Source of the DNA: Octopus sinensis
Lineage: Eukaryota
Reading direction: 5' to 3'
Assembly: GCF_006345805.1 (NCBI RefSeq)
Contig: NC_043007.1
Coordinates: forward strand, 48,484,001-48,548,000
DNA length: 64,000 nucleotides
The position numbers and the translations under genes were made by a program. Under the pieces are notes generated by a model. It saw nothing but the letters and a program-made list of their open reading frames with translations, did no database searches and was not told where the DNA came from. This document shows positions 1 to 13,055 of this stretch, piece by piece (the stretch's first letter is position 1; each line of letters begins with the position of its first letter).

Positions 1-227
1 CATACACATACTATGCACATTTATAAATACATACATATAGATACATGTGTATACACACACAATCACACACACACACACACACAACACACACACACACACA
101 TATATATATAGACAAAGAGAGGGAAAAAGGGCAATTAAAGCCGAACTTTAATGTGTTGAATGGTCGTTGGAGTTTGACTTTAGCTACTCTTTCTCCCTCT
201 TTTTGTCTTTATGTGTGTGTGTGTATG

Positions 228-266
<39 letters not shown>

Positions 267-954
267 CATCATCATCATCATCATCATTTAGCGTCCGTTC
301 TCCATGCTAGCATGGGTTGGACGGTTCAACTGGGGTCTGTGAAGCTGGAAGGCTTCATCAGGCCCAGTCAGATCTGGCAGTGTTTCTACGGCTGGATGCC
401 CTTCCTAACGCCAACCACTCCGTGAGTGTAGTGGGTGCTTTTTACGTGCCACCCGCACAGGTGCCAGACAGAGCTGGCAAACGGCCACGAAACGGATGGT
501 GCTTTTACGTGTCACCGGCACGGGGGCCAGGCGAGGCTGGCAACGGACACGAACGGATGGTGCTTTTACATGCCACTGACACGGGGGCCAGACAGGGTTG
601 GCAAACGGCCACGAACGGATGGTGCTTTTACGTGTCACCGGCACGGGGGCCAGACAGAGCTGGCAAATGGCCATGAATGGATGGTGCTTTTACGTGTCAC
701 CGGCACAGGGGCCAGGCGAGGCTGGCAACGAGCATGAACGGATGGTGCTTTTACGTGCCACCGACACGGGAGCCAGACAGGGCTGGAAAACAGCCACGAA
801 CGGATGGTGCTTTTACGTGTCACCTGCACGGGGGCCCTGATGTTGATTGACTTCAATTTGGTTCTGCTTTCTGATATATGTATTGATTTGGTTTGATTTT
901 GATTTTGACTGTTCTCACTGGTCTTGCCGGGTTTTCTGACGCACAGCATACTTC
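267..954 (-). mobile_element. RTE-clade LINE 3' end (last ORF codons + 3' UTR + (GAT)n tail)
   Basis: Reverse complement reads ...YAVRQKTRQDQ* (stop at 915-917), then a 3' UTR. Its distal ~200 bp (286-490) is nearly identical to the RTE 3' UTR at 32830-33030. It has a (CAT)n tail at 267-287 and (TA)n on both flanks. Confidence 0.9.
430..838. repeat. Tandem array of 61/62-bp units inside RTE 3' UTR
   Basis: The motif acggatggtgcttttacgtg recurs at 492, 553, 615, 677, 738 and 800, with a partial unit at ~430. Confidence 0.95.
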
Positions 955-1077
955 ATATATATATATATATATATATATATAAGTTGCCACTATCAGCCCA
1001 ACGACAGAATAGAAAGCATGTTTGAATGTGAATGAAGAAGTATGTTTCTTCTCCCTTCTCTTACTTTTTATCAATAT

Positions 1078-1300
1078 GCTCCAATCTGATCAGGCAGAGT
1101 TTCTACAGCTGGATGCCCTTCCTAACGCCATCCACTCTGAGAGTGTAGTGGGTGCTTTTACATGCCACCAGCACGAGGGCCAGTCAGGTGGTACTGATGA
1201 CAGCTACACTCAAATGGTGTTTTTTATGTGCCACCTGCAGAGGAGCCAGTCTAACGGCACTGGCAATGACCTCGCTTGAATGTTGTTTTTCACGTGTCAT
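1078..1300 (-). mobile_element. RTE 3' UTR fragment
   Basis: Contains ggatgcccttcctaacgcca...gagtgtagtgggtgctttttac as in the other RTE tails, plus degenerate repeat units. Confidence 0.8.
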
Positions 1301-2004
1301 ATATATATATATATAGAATGTTAAATTAAAAAAAAATTTGACTAGTTCTCTTTTTCTTCATAACAGTAGAATCCATTGGGACCATATCCCTTCTAGCTCA
1401 CTCTGTAGAACCGTGGTTCAATAAATTTGAATTGAATCCTGCAAATCCAAACCTAGCTGCTCTCCATTCCTTCCCTAAATAATATCACAATATCCTCCCT
1501 TGCTTCCTTTTTTCCTGTTGTAGTTCTCACCAATTTTGGTCTCTGAACATGATGTTGTTATTGTTGATGATGATTACCGTTTAATTCACTTGCTATATGG
1601 AATATCTCTGACCAATGTGTTAATTATTAATACCATAAAGCTTGTTGTGCTTCTCAGCTGGCTTTTTTTATTTTTGCAGTCTCAATTGTAATTTTGTAAA
1701 ACATCTTTTTCCATTTTATTTTTATTTCTAATAAAAGATATTTCCTGTCAAATTCTGAGATTTGTTGTTCTTTAAGAGTCAGTAGATTTGAATGGTTTAG
1801 CAGTTTACTCTAGACACAAAAGTTGTATGGATTACATCATATGATTTTACTTTTGCTCTGCACATGATGCAGGAGTAAAAGTTAGTGATTTAAACTCTAC
1901 ACCAAGACACCTGTTCTGCTCTGGCTTTTCTCTCATGTTTCAATCTCCTAGCATAAAGCTACCTCCTCAGGATTCATAGTTTTGCAAACTGCATAGCAAC
2001 CTCA

Positions 2005-2195
2005 CTCGTACTATTGGCACAAAAAAGTACCCAGTATATGTTGTAAAATGGTTAGAGTTAGGATGGAGACCCAACCATAGAAAATGTACCAAAGTAAACA
2101 GTGGAACACAATGTAGGACTTGGACCCATCAGATCCTGTCAAACTGTCCAATTCATACCAACATGGAACATGGATGTTAAATGATCATGATGAAC
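2005..2195 (+). mobile_element. Degenerate RTE-type tail
   Basis: Diverged match to the RTE 3' end, ending atgttaaatgatcatgatga. Confidence 0.55.
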
Positions 2196-2419
2196 AGTGT
2201 ACATGTGACACAATGTACGACAAAGCTGTATTGTTTTGAATTGCTGCTACAAATAACCAAATGGGCTTCTATTCAGTTTCCCAGTTCATTCACAAGAGAA
2301 AAACATTTACTTAAGATGTTACACAGTAAGATCCAACCTGGATCTTGAGGTTGTAAAGGAAACTTCCTAACCATTCACCTATATGATATCCGCATAAAAA
2401 GTTATAGCTCAGCAAATTT

Positions 2420-3674
2420 TATGGAGATAGATTAGATGCGGTTTAGTTTTGTTCCAGGAGTAAAGTATTATGAATGTTCTCTTACTTGTAAGACAATGGC
2501 AAGGAATACAAAGTTAAAAGTAAGCCTCTGTACTTAGCATTTTTGTCATCCTGGAGAAATCCTTCAACAAGGCCCCTCACTCTATGATTTGTTGAAGAAG
2601 CCAGAAGTAGGCAAATAGCTTATGAGGACCATAAAAGCTATGCACAGAGATGATGTCAGAGAGTTGACAATGAGTACAGCAATGAATTTAGTATTTTAGT
2701 AGATCAGTCCTTGGCACCATCCTATTGTCATAGTCCTCTAGACCATATCAGAGAAGTTTAAGACTGGATTCCCTTTATGCTGATGACCTCATTATTACAG
2801 TTAAATCTATAGCAGAATTAGAAAAGAAATTCAGGTTTAAAACCAAGATGAGAAATCAGTGGGACTCAAAGTCAACTTACCAAAAACCAAAGTCACTCTA
2901 AGTGAACAGATAGGATTCTAATTCCTTCAGATAAAATATTCTGTATGATATATGTAGAAAAGTTGGAGGCAGAAATTCCATACAGTGTATCCTTTGCAAA
3001 CTATGGGCAGACAAGTGATGTCACAGGTAGGTTAATAGAGGAAGTAGATTTTGTGTGTGGCAGGAGCTCAGAAGTAATAAACACTAACAGCACATACCCC
3101 TAGAGGTAGTAGATAGCTTCTGTTACCTAAGTAATCTAAATAGCAGTTGAAGCGGATGTTCTGAATGTATAGATGCAAGAATAAGAACACATTGGAGAAA
3201 GTTCAGAGAGCTATTAAGGCTGTTGGTAACACTCTCAGCCTGAAAAACAAATTGTATCATACCTGTGTAGAACAGCAATGACACATGGTAGAGTGATGTT
3301 AGCCCTGAATGCAGAAGACTTGCAAAGACTAGAAAGAAAGGAAGCTGGCTTGCACCAATGGCTGGGCAATGGAAGTGTGCATGAACAACAAAGTACAGGT
3401 GTGGTGAGAGAATAATTGAGCATAGGAGAAAGAAGACTGTGTTAGTATGGTCATATGATGCATATGGATGAGAACAGTTGTATAAAGAAGTGCCAACCAC
3501 ATAAATTGGATGGAGCTTGTAGAAGGGGGAGACCCAAGAAGTCATGGGATCAAGGGTGAAGGTTAATTTTGTTTTTTTTTAAATCTCACAGAGATAATCA
3601 AGGACCAAAATGACTGACAATATGTGATGCTCAAGAAGGCCCATCCATTTCAGCAAATCAGATTCTGGTAGCAC

Positions 3675-3675
<1 letters not shown>
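2420..3675 (+). pseudogene. Old RTE LINE reverse transcriptase remnant
   Basis: Frameshifted translation gives KPLYLAF, LYADDL, GLKVNLPKTKV, NSIQCILCKLW...FVCGR and GRPKKSW, colinear with the younger RTE at 31803. Confidence 0.8.
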
Positions 3676-3709
<34 letters not shown>

Positions 3710-3918
3710 CCACCCAACCAGGATCCTCACACAACTTCCTCCTTAAACTTTCCTTATCTCTATCACTGACCCCTCTCTAACTTCAGTATTCTGCTGATGT
3801 AACTGAGAGCAGAACTTCATATTTCATCATCTTTTTTTGTGATAACAGTTACCTTTCTCACTTTACTTGTCATCTATTCTGAATTTTCCATTTTTTTAAA
3901 AATATTGTCCTTCTTTAA

Positions 3919-4110
3919 GGCAGTGAGCTGGCAGAATCATTACCATACTGGGTAAAATGCTTAGTGGCATCTCATGTGTCAACGTTCTGAGTTCAAATTC
4001 TGCCAGGGTCAGCTTTGCCGTTCATCCATTCAAGGTTAGTAAAATAAGCACCAGTTGAACACTGGGGTTGATCGAACTTGCTGGCCTTGTGCCAAAATTT
4101 GAAACCAATA
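3919..4110 (+). mobile_element. SINE-A copy
   Basis: Head ggcagtgagctggcagaatc, B-box-like gagttcaaattc, body gcc.ttcatcc, tail gccttgtgccaaaatttgaaacc; many copies in the window. Confidence 0.85.
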
Positions 4111-4628
4111 TCGTCCCTCTTCATTCACTCTATACTGCCTCTCCTCTTACTCATCTGACGACGACAACAATGGCAACATAGTAGTAGTAGAGAATGGTTT
4201 GCAAAAATACCATCACTGAAATTTTTATAGTGCTCATAGATAAGACGTATCTAAAAACATGGGCATATGTGGCAGTTACCTGCTGCTGGAATACTGTTAT
4301 ATTTAATGATGTAATGTTCTTTTCACTTTATGATAGTGACAGAAGAATGCAATTTCAGAGAAATGAAAAAAGAATGATAGACTTAAAAAGAGATTGTTGG
4401 AACTTCACAATAAAATGTGACAAGACAGATATGTGAAGCACTCCATCACCTTTAGTTTAGTTGGCACATTTATATTTCATATTAGAACTTCATAGTTACA
4501 ATCTCAGTTTGTATTTTCAAATATATATTCTTACAATGCACTTAGTTATATTTTATGACACAGACTTTGAGTTGAAGGAGTTGTAATTCTTGGTTTTTAC
4601 TGATCAAGCAACTACGTAAAGGACCCTA

Positions 4629-4965
4629 GGTAAAGACCCACTTCGGTCATGAATGACCATGGAATTGCACCTAGAAAGTTACCCTCCAAGGCACAAGTCC
4701 AGATAAGGTTGTTTATGGAAGACCGGCAATTACTCATGCATACCTGCCTCCTCTCTCCACACCACCAATGTTATCCAAGGGAAAGGCAAATGCCGATACA
4801 GCTTGGCATTAGTGACGTTGCAACTCATTTCTACAGCTGAGTGAACTGGAGCAACGTGAAATACAGTGTCTTGTTCAAGAACACAGCACACAGACTGATC
4901 CGAGAATTGAATTCACTACCTTATGATTGTAAGCTCGATGCTCTAACCACCAAGCCATGCACCTT
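4629..4965 (-). mobile_element. SINE-B copy (tRNA-like head)
   Basis: Reverse complement has A box tggcttggtgg, a B-box-like gtgaattcaattc and body tgtgttcttgaacaagacact. taaaggacccta at 4617-4628 and 4983-4994 may be a TSD. Confidence 0.85.
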
Positions 4966-6274
4966 CACCAATCCATATGGCTTAAAGGACCCTACCTTAT
5001 CCCTTTTACAGTCATAGTGGAAGAGTTCGACAACATAGCGACTAGTGGACTATTTATTTATCTAAATTTACTTTGATTTGTTGAAGAGATTACAACATTG
5101 AATATAACATTTCACAGTATTTGTTAAGATCCTTTGCATTCCAAGTTCAAATCCCATAGAGGTTAATTTTGGACTTCATTCTTTTGGAGTCAATTAAAAT
5201 GAGAAACAACCAAGAGCAGTGGACTGGCAAAACTGTAAGAGAATTAGATGAGATACCTTGTGATACTTGTCCTAGTCCTTTGACTTTCTGATAGCAATAC
5301 CTACTTGACTACTGGTACCAAACTGTATCAGCCTTAAGATGGCAGCCTGTCTCTTCGCTAACACTGGCATGTGTCACATGGATAGCTGCTCGTCTTACTC
5401 AAAAACATTGCCCAGACCTACATGTACACATGTGTAGACACACTCAACTTTAATTGACAGAGGACCCTAAATTATATTTAGTTCTGTCAATTAGAAGGAA
5501 AAGAAATCTTCCATTACACAAATAAAGCAGATCCCAAACAAGATTACCCTCAGATGTTATCACAGAATTCAGTTACTCTCAGACTGACCTCAGCAGACTG
5601 ATATGTAGAAGAAACTCTAGTCACTGATCAGAGTCTAAGGGAAACGTACCATATGATATTATAATCAGTAGACTAGACATAAGCAATGATATTTGAGAAG
5701 CAAGCTGTATGAGACACGGCTCATCATAGGTGGACCACACTTCTAAAAAATTCAAACTAATTTTTTGTTCAGAAAGTTCCATAGGTTGCAGTTTGCAAAT
5801 GACTACACTTTACTGACAGAACATAAACATGGTTGCTTAACCTGCAAGAAATACTAGCCAGCTCATCCTGAAATTACACTGTGTGGTTTTTAAAAATGAA
5901 GGGTGGATTTGATAATGTGTCTTACATATACAGTCTTAATTAAATAAAATGGATAGTCATGTTTCAAATATCTTTGGTGATTAGACTGTGGCAACATGGC
6001 TGACCTAGGTTAAGCAATAATTGCATACAAAATTATTAGGTATATTCAACAACTTTTTTATTGAATATAGATTTTTAAAATAGGCATGAATCCACAACAG
6101 GAAACACATGACTATTTTGACCCTAGTATTAAACTAAAATTTTATTTTATCAATCCAGAATGATGAACAACAAAGTCAACCTTCAAAGATTCAGGACTCA
6201 GAATCTAAAGAAGTGGAACTAAATCCTGCAAAGCATATATTTTACTTGATGCTCTACCAATCCGCTCATGTTAA

Positions 6275-6497
6275 CCCTTTTGATATCAACCTGCATGAGA
6301 TTGCACTTGGATTCTGATACAAGCTTCTTAGTTTCAAAGTGATCTAAATTAAAACCTTCCATCAAAAGTTTTTGCAAATTTAAGTTTCAAGCACCAGCTT
6401 AATTAATGATTCAATTAATTTACTAAATTCTTCGTTGCTTTCAAAATTAATTGAAACAAAGATAGTGTGTTTCAATAAAAATATGGTAACCAAAGGG
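6275..6497. mobile_element. piggyBac-type MITE
   Basis: TTAA at 6271-6274 and 6498-6501; imperfect TIRs cccttttgatatca / tggtaaccaaaggg. Confidence 0.85.
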
Positions 6498-7808
6498 TTA
6501 AGAACTGACTAATTAATTCATTACAATCAGTCTCAATCCTACAGTCCCATTTGGTCAGAAATTATCCCATCCTTTATGGTATTTAAATGAGAGAGCTCAC
6601 AGTTCCCTTCTGGATGAGACATCAGTCTTTCAGAGTTTATTCTATTAGTTGTCAACAATGTTCTTTTTAGGTGAGTGGAGTGAAATCATGTAAAATGAAG
6701 TACCTTGCTCAAAAATAGATATACCATCCAATCAGAGAATTGAACCCACAACCTAACGGTTATGAGCACAACACCCAAACCACTACATCACATACTGTCA
6801 CATTTATATAATCGTTAATGCCAGGTCATCCATAACTAAGCAGATCAAAGACTTTCCAACCATGACAACCCCATTTTTTCTTTTTTTAAAGAATATCTCA
6901 GACTACATTATCCAATTTTTTTTTTTTTAGTTAAGATAGTAAGATGAAACGACCATGTCCAGGTCCCCTAGCTAGTTTACAGTCAGTTGCCTTTGATATT
7001 GCTGTTTAGCTCCAGATCAGTCCTGACTGATCAGACCTATGATCAAAAACCTTCCATCAATGACTATCCTGTCTACTTGAGAATTGTATATTAGAACTAC
7101 ATCGTTCAATGGCAGCCCCTAACTCTCTTTTTAAAAATGTAGGGTGTAATTCGAGATAGATTTGAATGCCTTATTTAGCAGGTCAATCCCTTGCAACAGT
7201 GAAAATATTGAAGTAGTTAGCCATGATTTTAGAAGAAATGATGATAAATAAATCCAGGAGGAATATACAGTCAATGGTACAGTTTGAACTCCTCATTCTA
7301 ATCACTTATCAAAAATCTCTTTTTCTGATTACAGTCAGTGGACAGTGGCCATGCTGGAACAAAGCTTTCAAGGGATTTTAACTAATTACATTTACCTCAG
7401 TAGGCTAGTACTGTTTTATTGATTCTTGAAGGGATGTCTAAAGGGATCTAACCAAATACCACAAGGCACATTTGTTCAACACTTCCAATTCTGTCAATCA
7501 TCCACCACCAATCTGGTGGGTCTCCACACAGTTCCATCAGCCAAATTTTATTTGCAAAGCTTTAGTTGATTGGCAAGTCTGGTAGAAAAAAAAATTGCTC
7601 CAAGTACTATGTAACCCTGAATTACATAGTTGTGATGCAAACTTCTTTACCACATAACTATGCCTAAACCCAGATATATTTTTTTTTTTACTTGGCTTTT
7701 TTGCTTTCCTTTTATGTAATGAAGTATCAATAAGAAATGTTTTACTTTCGAAAGTGTTATTCAATCAGCATGCCACTAATGCTGTGGATTTTTAAAAATA
7801 CAACTTAA

Positions 7809-8017
7809 TTCTTTTGATACCAACCCACCAAAGATCACCTCTAATTTTATGATATAAACTTCTTGTTTTAAAGAGATCTAAATTAAGTTTCATCTTAAAT
7901 TATTTTCTAAACATCAGATTTATAAGGACACAGTTATTTTAATAAATACTTTAATTTTTATCAAAATGAGTTGAAACAAAGACAGTGTATTTCTATAGAA
8001 TTAGGATAACAAAAGGG
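7809..8017. mobile_element. piggyBac-type MITE, same family as 6275
   Basis: ttaa-ttcttttgatacc ... ataacaaaaggg-tta; internal similarity to 6275-6497. Confidence 0.75.
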
Positions 8018-8952
8018 TTATGCCTTTGACAAATCTATAATAATAAATTTCTTGAGTGTTTTGAAAAGATGTTATTCATAATTGTTGTTATAACACAAAT
8101 ATAATAAATAAAACAAGGTAAACAATAAAATAATGTTCCGTATATATATGCTCATAATCCAGAATTCTAGCAACTTCAGAATCAAACAGATTAGAAAGAA
8201 AAAAGATATTTTTTTTTAAATGTGGGCCTTAGCATCTCTTTCTGTAACAACCTTAAAACTTCTAATTTCTTAGACATCACTTAAGATCTACAATACCAAA
8301 CTTTCTATCCATATTATAAACCTGGGGAGAACCACAACTATGTTGATTTTTTCCTCCAACCCCCCACCATCTGTCCTAAAAACCATCATAGATAGTGTAT
8401 CCTACCAGATTTCATCACTGTTTGCCAGTAAGGAATTACTTGAACAATACACTGAATATTATAATTATGCCATACAACACACCGGTTATAAGAGTTCAAT
8501 CAAATATGTCCCTATGTGGAACGATTCTCCTTCTATTAAACCCAGAACCAAGAATACACCCACCCAGATAAAACAAAAAATATCCCCCATTTCTCACCAT
8601 CTTACTACCCTCCCAAATTTCAGAGTAGTAGAAGACCCTCCCGCCTGGTGACCCTGAATCCTAAACCCATCACCACCTACCAAAATCAACACTTGTGTGC
8701 ACCTCCAAAGCCCTTTATACACTCCAGTAACCTCCTTAATCAGAATAAATGGTCAAGAACACATGACATTATCTGGTTCCATCCCTTTTGCTCTTAATGA
8801 TCGAACCTGTGTACCCAACTTTTTCTTCACCTTACTCAAGAAAAATTTCCCTAAGTCCAGCCCTCTTAAAAAATATTTAACTCCCAATCTATAGAATTTT
8901 CCTACTCCACCACCACCACTAACAGTGCCAGAGTAATCTAACATCTTAACAA

Positions 8953-9261
8953 CAGGAGCACTCCGTCGGTTATGACAATGAGAGTCCTAGCTGATACGAT
9001 CAACAGAAAAGATTGCTCATGAAATTAACATGCAAGTGGCCGAGCACTCCGCAAACACATGTACCCCTAACGTAGTTCTCAGGGAGATTCAGCGTGACAA
9101 GGCTGGCCCCTTGAAATACAAGTACAACTCATTTTTGCCAGCTGAGTGGACTGAAGCAACGTGAAATAAAGTGTTTTGCTCAAGGACACAACGCGTCACC
9201 AGGAATTGAACTCACAACCTTACAATCGTGAGCCGAATGCCCTAACCACTAAGCCACATGC
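8953..9261 (-). mobile_element. SINE-B inserted in PLE with 15-bp TSD
   Basis: ctaacatcttaacaa occurs at 8938-8952 and 9262-9276. Reverse-complement head ggcatgtggcttagtggttagggc...gagttcaattcc carries A and B boxes. Confidence 0.93.
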
Positions 9262-10763
9262 CTAACATCTTAACAAGAAACTTAGAAACCTACAATTAGC
9301 TAACCTTTATCATAATAACATAACTCATCTGCACCTCCAGTCCCATATCCATAAACCTAGAACACCCCTAAACTTCCTTACCAACACTGACTCTCATACC
9401 TCCTATTCTAATTCTATTACTAATACCTGCACTACAAACCTACCTCACAACCAAACTATACCTAATACAGAAATAAAGAATGATAGTGATAATATCCTTA
9501 GACATACAAACTACCATGAAATACACCCTCCTGACATCCCCCTCAACCCCATAAGACATACTAATTCTAACACTGCCACAGAGAATGGATATAACACCAG
9601 ACATTTTACTAAATAACAATTACTCTACAAATTCATCTTCAGCACCTCCTATGACTCTATGCAGCTGCCCAACCTCCTGTCCCTATCATGTCTTACTACA
9701 AACATCATGTACAAATGTAGTGTCAACTACCAATTCTAACTATATATATATTGGCTCATGTAGCACTGCCTTCAAGGCCAGTGTGGGTAATCACTACTCT
9801 AGCTTCAAGTCCCAAGCAAGATCAAACACCACCTCTTTATCTCAACTAATCCACAAATTTCAGTGTCAATCAATTCCTTATAATCTGAAATGGTTCATAG
9901 TCACCCATGTTAAACTGTGCATTGGCTACATCAACAAGTGTGATCTCTGCATTGCTGAAGTCTTCTCCATTCTGTAATCCACTGATTAAGTAATCCATGA
10001 TATAGCATAATTTTTACCTGCTGACACAAATTACGCAATTCATTCTCTAGGTACAAATTACAATCCTCCACCCAACACCCGCTGCCCCCATCTGATATCC
10101 TTTTATAATATGCAACCTTTTAACCATCTTTATATTTTCTAAACATTATTTTCCTTTTTTTTTTTTATATTCCCCACCTGTTTTCCTTAACCTTTATACT
10201 ACACATCTACTAGATTCTACAGATGCACAATATATACGCACGTGCTAATATGCACTCACATAATCTCAGATTTCAACTACTACGACTATTTCTCCTTTTA
10301 ATTGTTGTCCCTCAATCTTAAAATTGAATTACTGCTAATACCCCAAAGGGCAAAACTAAGTCTACTATTTTGACCAAAAATACATTCTCTTCCACCTCCC
10401 TCTCCTTCACTCCCCACTCTATCCATTTCAAATACCACTCATATCTTCATCCTTTTGACTCTGTTTCAATGGCTTTATAGAATGCTACAATATGTTTACT
10501 TACCTATCCCTCAACAGACCTGCAAGTGACCCTAACATAAACTCATAAAGACATCTCTCCAGCCAATTTCAATACCAAACCCTCTCTCCCCACCTGCCCC
10601 TCTTTGCTCATTTACAAGCTTACCCAATCCCATATATATTTTCTTTTATTTTTACTTTTTCACAATTATGTTTTCTTCTTGAACTCTTTCTACACATTTC
10701 AGTCGAATCTCTGAGTTAACACAGGATCACCCAACAACAATATAAACTTCATAGAATCAAAGT

Positions 10764-10860
10764 ATCCATGGCCTGAAGAGTTGCTTATGGTCTACCTCTC
10801 ATTTTGATAATTTACTACTTCTGAGATTCCGCTAGCTATGAAACATATATTTAGCCTTGA
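10764..10860 (+). ncRNA. Decayed type I hammerhead ribozyme motif in PLE 3' region
   Basis: CTGAAGA at 10773-10779, GAAA at 10840-10843, near-palindromic stem III acatatattt, TA cleavage-site triplet end at 10853, stem I catggc/gccttg. Confidence 0.6.
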
Positions 10861-12639
10861 TTTTATCTACTCCATTCCCTAATGTTTAAATGTTTATTCG
10901 CATATACAACCTCTGTTGCTAACCATGAAATATGAAATTAACTTTTTGCAGTTTATCATATTTTGATATGGGAAAAATTCACAACCTTCTGCGTCAATAA
11001 ACCACCATTGTTCCTGAACGTTGTTTTTTATACCTTCTACAGATTGCCTAAAGTTCACTAACTTCCTACAACTGGATCCTTGGATCTTACCTTTATATAT
11101 GTATATATATATTGGCTGGTTGTTGACAAGTTTTTCCGCTTTGTAAGGGTAATTTACCCAATATTTCAGCTGGTCTAACAATGTCTCTGTATTTGAAAAT
11201 AAATTATCATCGTATTTGTATCTTACAATATATATATAACATTTATAATATATGTTATACATAATCTATGGTTGTTTGAAGTGCATATAATAAAGTAAGC
11301 AAGGGAGTTTTTTTTTTGATATTTTTCAAAAACTAGTTCTTTTTTTTAAATATTGTTTCCAAAATTTTAAACTTCAAAACTTTTGAACAAATTTCCCTGG
11401 GAAGTGTATCAACAGTATTCTTTGTTTGGTCTCCAGAGTACCATGGAATCAATACATTTGAACCAAATGCAGCAGACTTGCCTGAAATACTAAAGTTTTT
11501 AGTAAGACATCATCTAGGTGTATGAAATATCACTAAACGCTTTTCTAAAGGCAAGGATAATGTATAGAAGCTCTGAGGTAAAGGACAAGAGCTCTAAGCA
11601 CTAGTTTCTTCACTCCTCACAGGGATTAGGCTTATCAAAGTTTCCAGTGAACTTAATCATTAGTTTGATTTTTGATTCTATGTTTTACTCAATAAAAACA
11701 TTTATATCAGAACAAATATTGGACAAAATAAAAGAAAAAGCAAAAAGAAAAAAAGAGAAGAAACAAATTGATATTCAACAGTAAAAGTAAAGGACATTGA
11801 TGTGAAGATTTTGGTAAAGTCAATTTATTGTCAAAAAGAAAACATGAGGAAAAAAAAATCATTTAAAGTTTCAGGAAAAAGACTTTTAATGTGTTGATTG
11901 AAATGTTATTTAAAAAAAAAAGAAAAGAAAAATAGATATTAAATGGTGAAGTCCAGGTGTGAAAATATCTAATATAGAGAAGAATTTAAAGAGTTGAGAA
12001 TGTATGAATTGTTTTGCTAAATTCTACTGGGTTTTAATTTTTTTGTGTATTTATTTTTGGGTTGTTTTTGATTTCTTTTTTTTTTTATGTGGAGGGAATA
12101 TGAAGTATAAGAAATTTCAAGTAAAGATTGTAATATAAAAATAACCGGAAACCTCACATGGTTTCAGTTACCTGGAAATTCCAAGGGATTTTTAAAATGC
12201 CAAGGAAAAATATTCAACAAATCTCTTTTGCTTTAGTTTTCTTTTTTAAAAGACTAATTACCATATTGATTGGAATATGTTTCTAAACAATTTCTAGATA
12301 CATTTGTAAGATTGATATTGGGAAAATGTTTCAATCATTTATAGTTTATGTTCAATTTTATAGTTGATGAATATTAAAAAAAAAAAAAAATTGGTGATAA
12401 AAACTGTTCATCTATTTTATTATATTATGTTATTTTTTTTTAATTTTTGCTTTTAAGAAAAAGTGTTGAAAGAATGTTACAGACTAAATGATCCTGAACA
12501 CCTCTCTATATAAACGAGATAGATCGAAGAATTTTCAACTGAGCATGTTTAGTTTTATTCTTTAGATTATTATTATTACTATTAACATTATTATTATTAT
12601 GATATTGGAATAAATGATAAAGGTCATTATGATGATAAT

Positions 12640-13055
12640 ACTCTATAGCATTATGACATTATTAAATATCATTATGGTATTACATATTATGACATTGTTA
12701 AATATCATTACAATATTGTCAAATATTCTAAAATTAAGTGAAAATATTGCCATAAATTATGAAGGTCGTTACATTATTAAAGACTATGATTTTTATTAAT
12801 GTTCACTGTAATATTATTAAAGACTACTAAGACATCATAAAGATACAACTGATGACTATGACATCATAAAAATGACTGATCACTATGATATTTCATAAAG
12901 ATCATTATGATATTAAAGCTCACTTGCAAAGATCACTATGACATTATCAAAGTTCAGTGAGATATTATCAAAGACAATTTTTAATGTTGTTATTGCAGTT
13001 CACTATGACATTATTACAGCTTACTATGATATTACTTAAGATCATTATGATATTA
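12640..13055. repeat. Degenerate ~21-bp minisatellite
   Basis: Recurring motif (c/a)tatgacattattaaagatca(t/c) with variable spacing. Confidence 0.75.

Larger units (their letters stand above)
8225..10900 (+). mobile_element. Penelope-like element relic (RT thumb, Zn-binding linker, C-terminal GIY-YIG endonuclease, 3' hammerhead)
   Basis: Broken frames read NFLDIT.DL...YKPGENHNYVDFSSN, IIWFHPF, FFTLLKKNFPKSSPL, ISYSTT, CSCPTSCP and YIYIGSCSTAFKASVGNHYSSF...LSQLIH...YNLKW...CDLCIAE. These are motifs typical of PLE RT/GIY-YIG proteins. Confidence 0.88.

Noticed and set aside
430-838. CRISPR-like appearance of the regular repeats
   Set aside because: Whole units are homologous with no unique spacers, the context is a eukaryotic LINE, and there are no cas genes.
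45-949. Multiple overlapping repetitive ORFs
   Set aside because: They arise from microsatellites and the GC-rich VNTR in an RTE 3' UTR; not a gene.
8953-9261. tRNA genes (also 4629, 52444, 56345)
   Set aside because: The tRNA-like heads continue into SINE bodies and lack a complete cloverleaf.
10930-11180. Possible Tc1/mariner C-terminal fragment (EGIK...FIDAEG, minus)
   Set aside because: Similarity is limited to a few residues, with no DDD motif or TIR seen.
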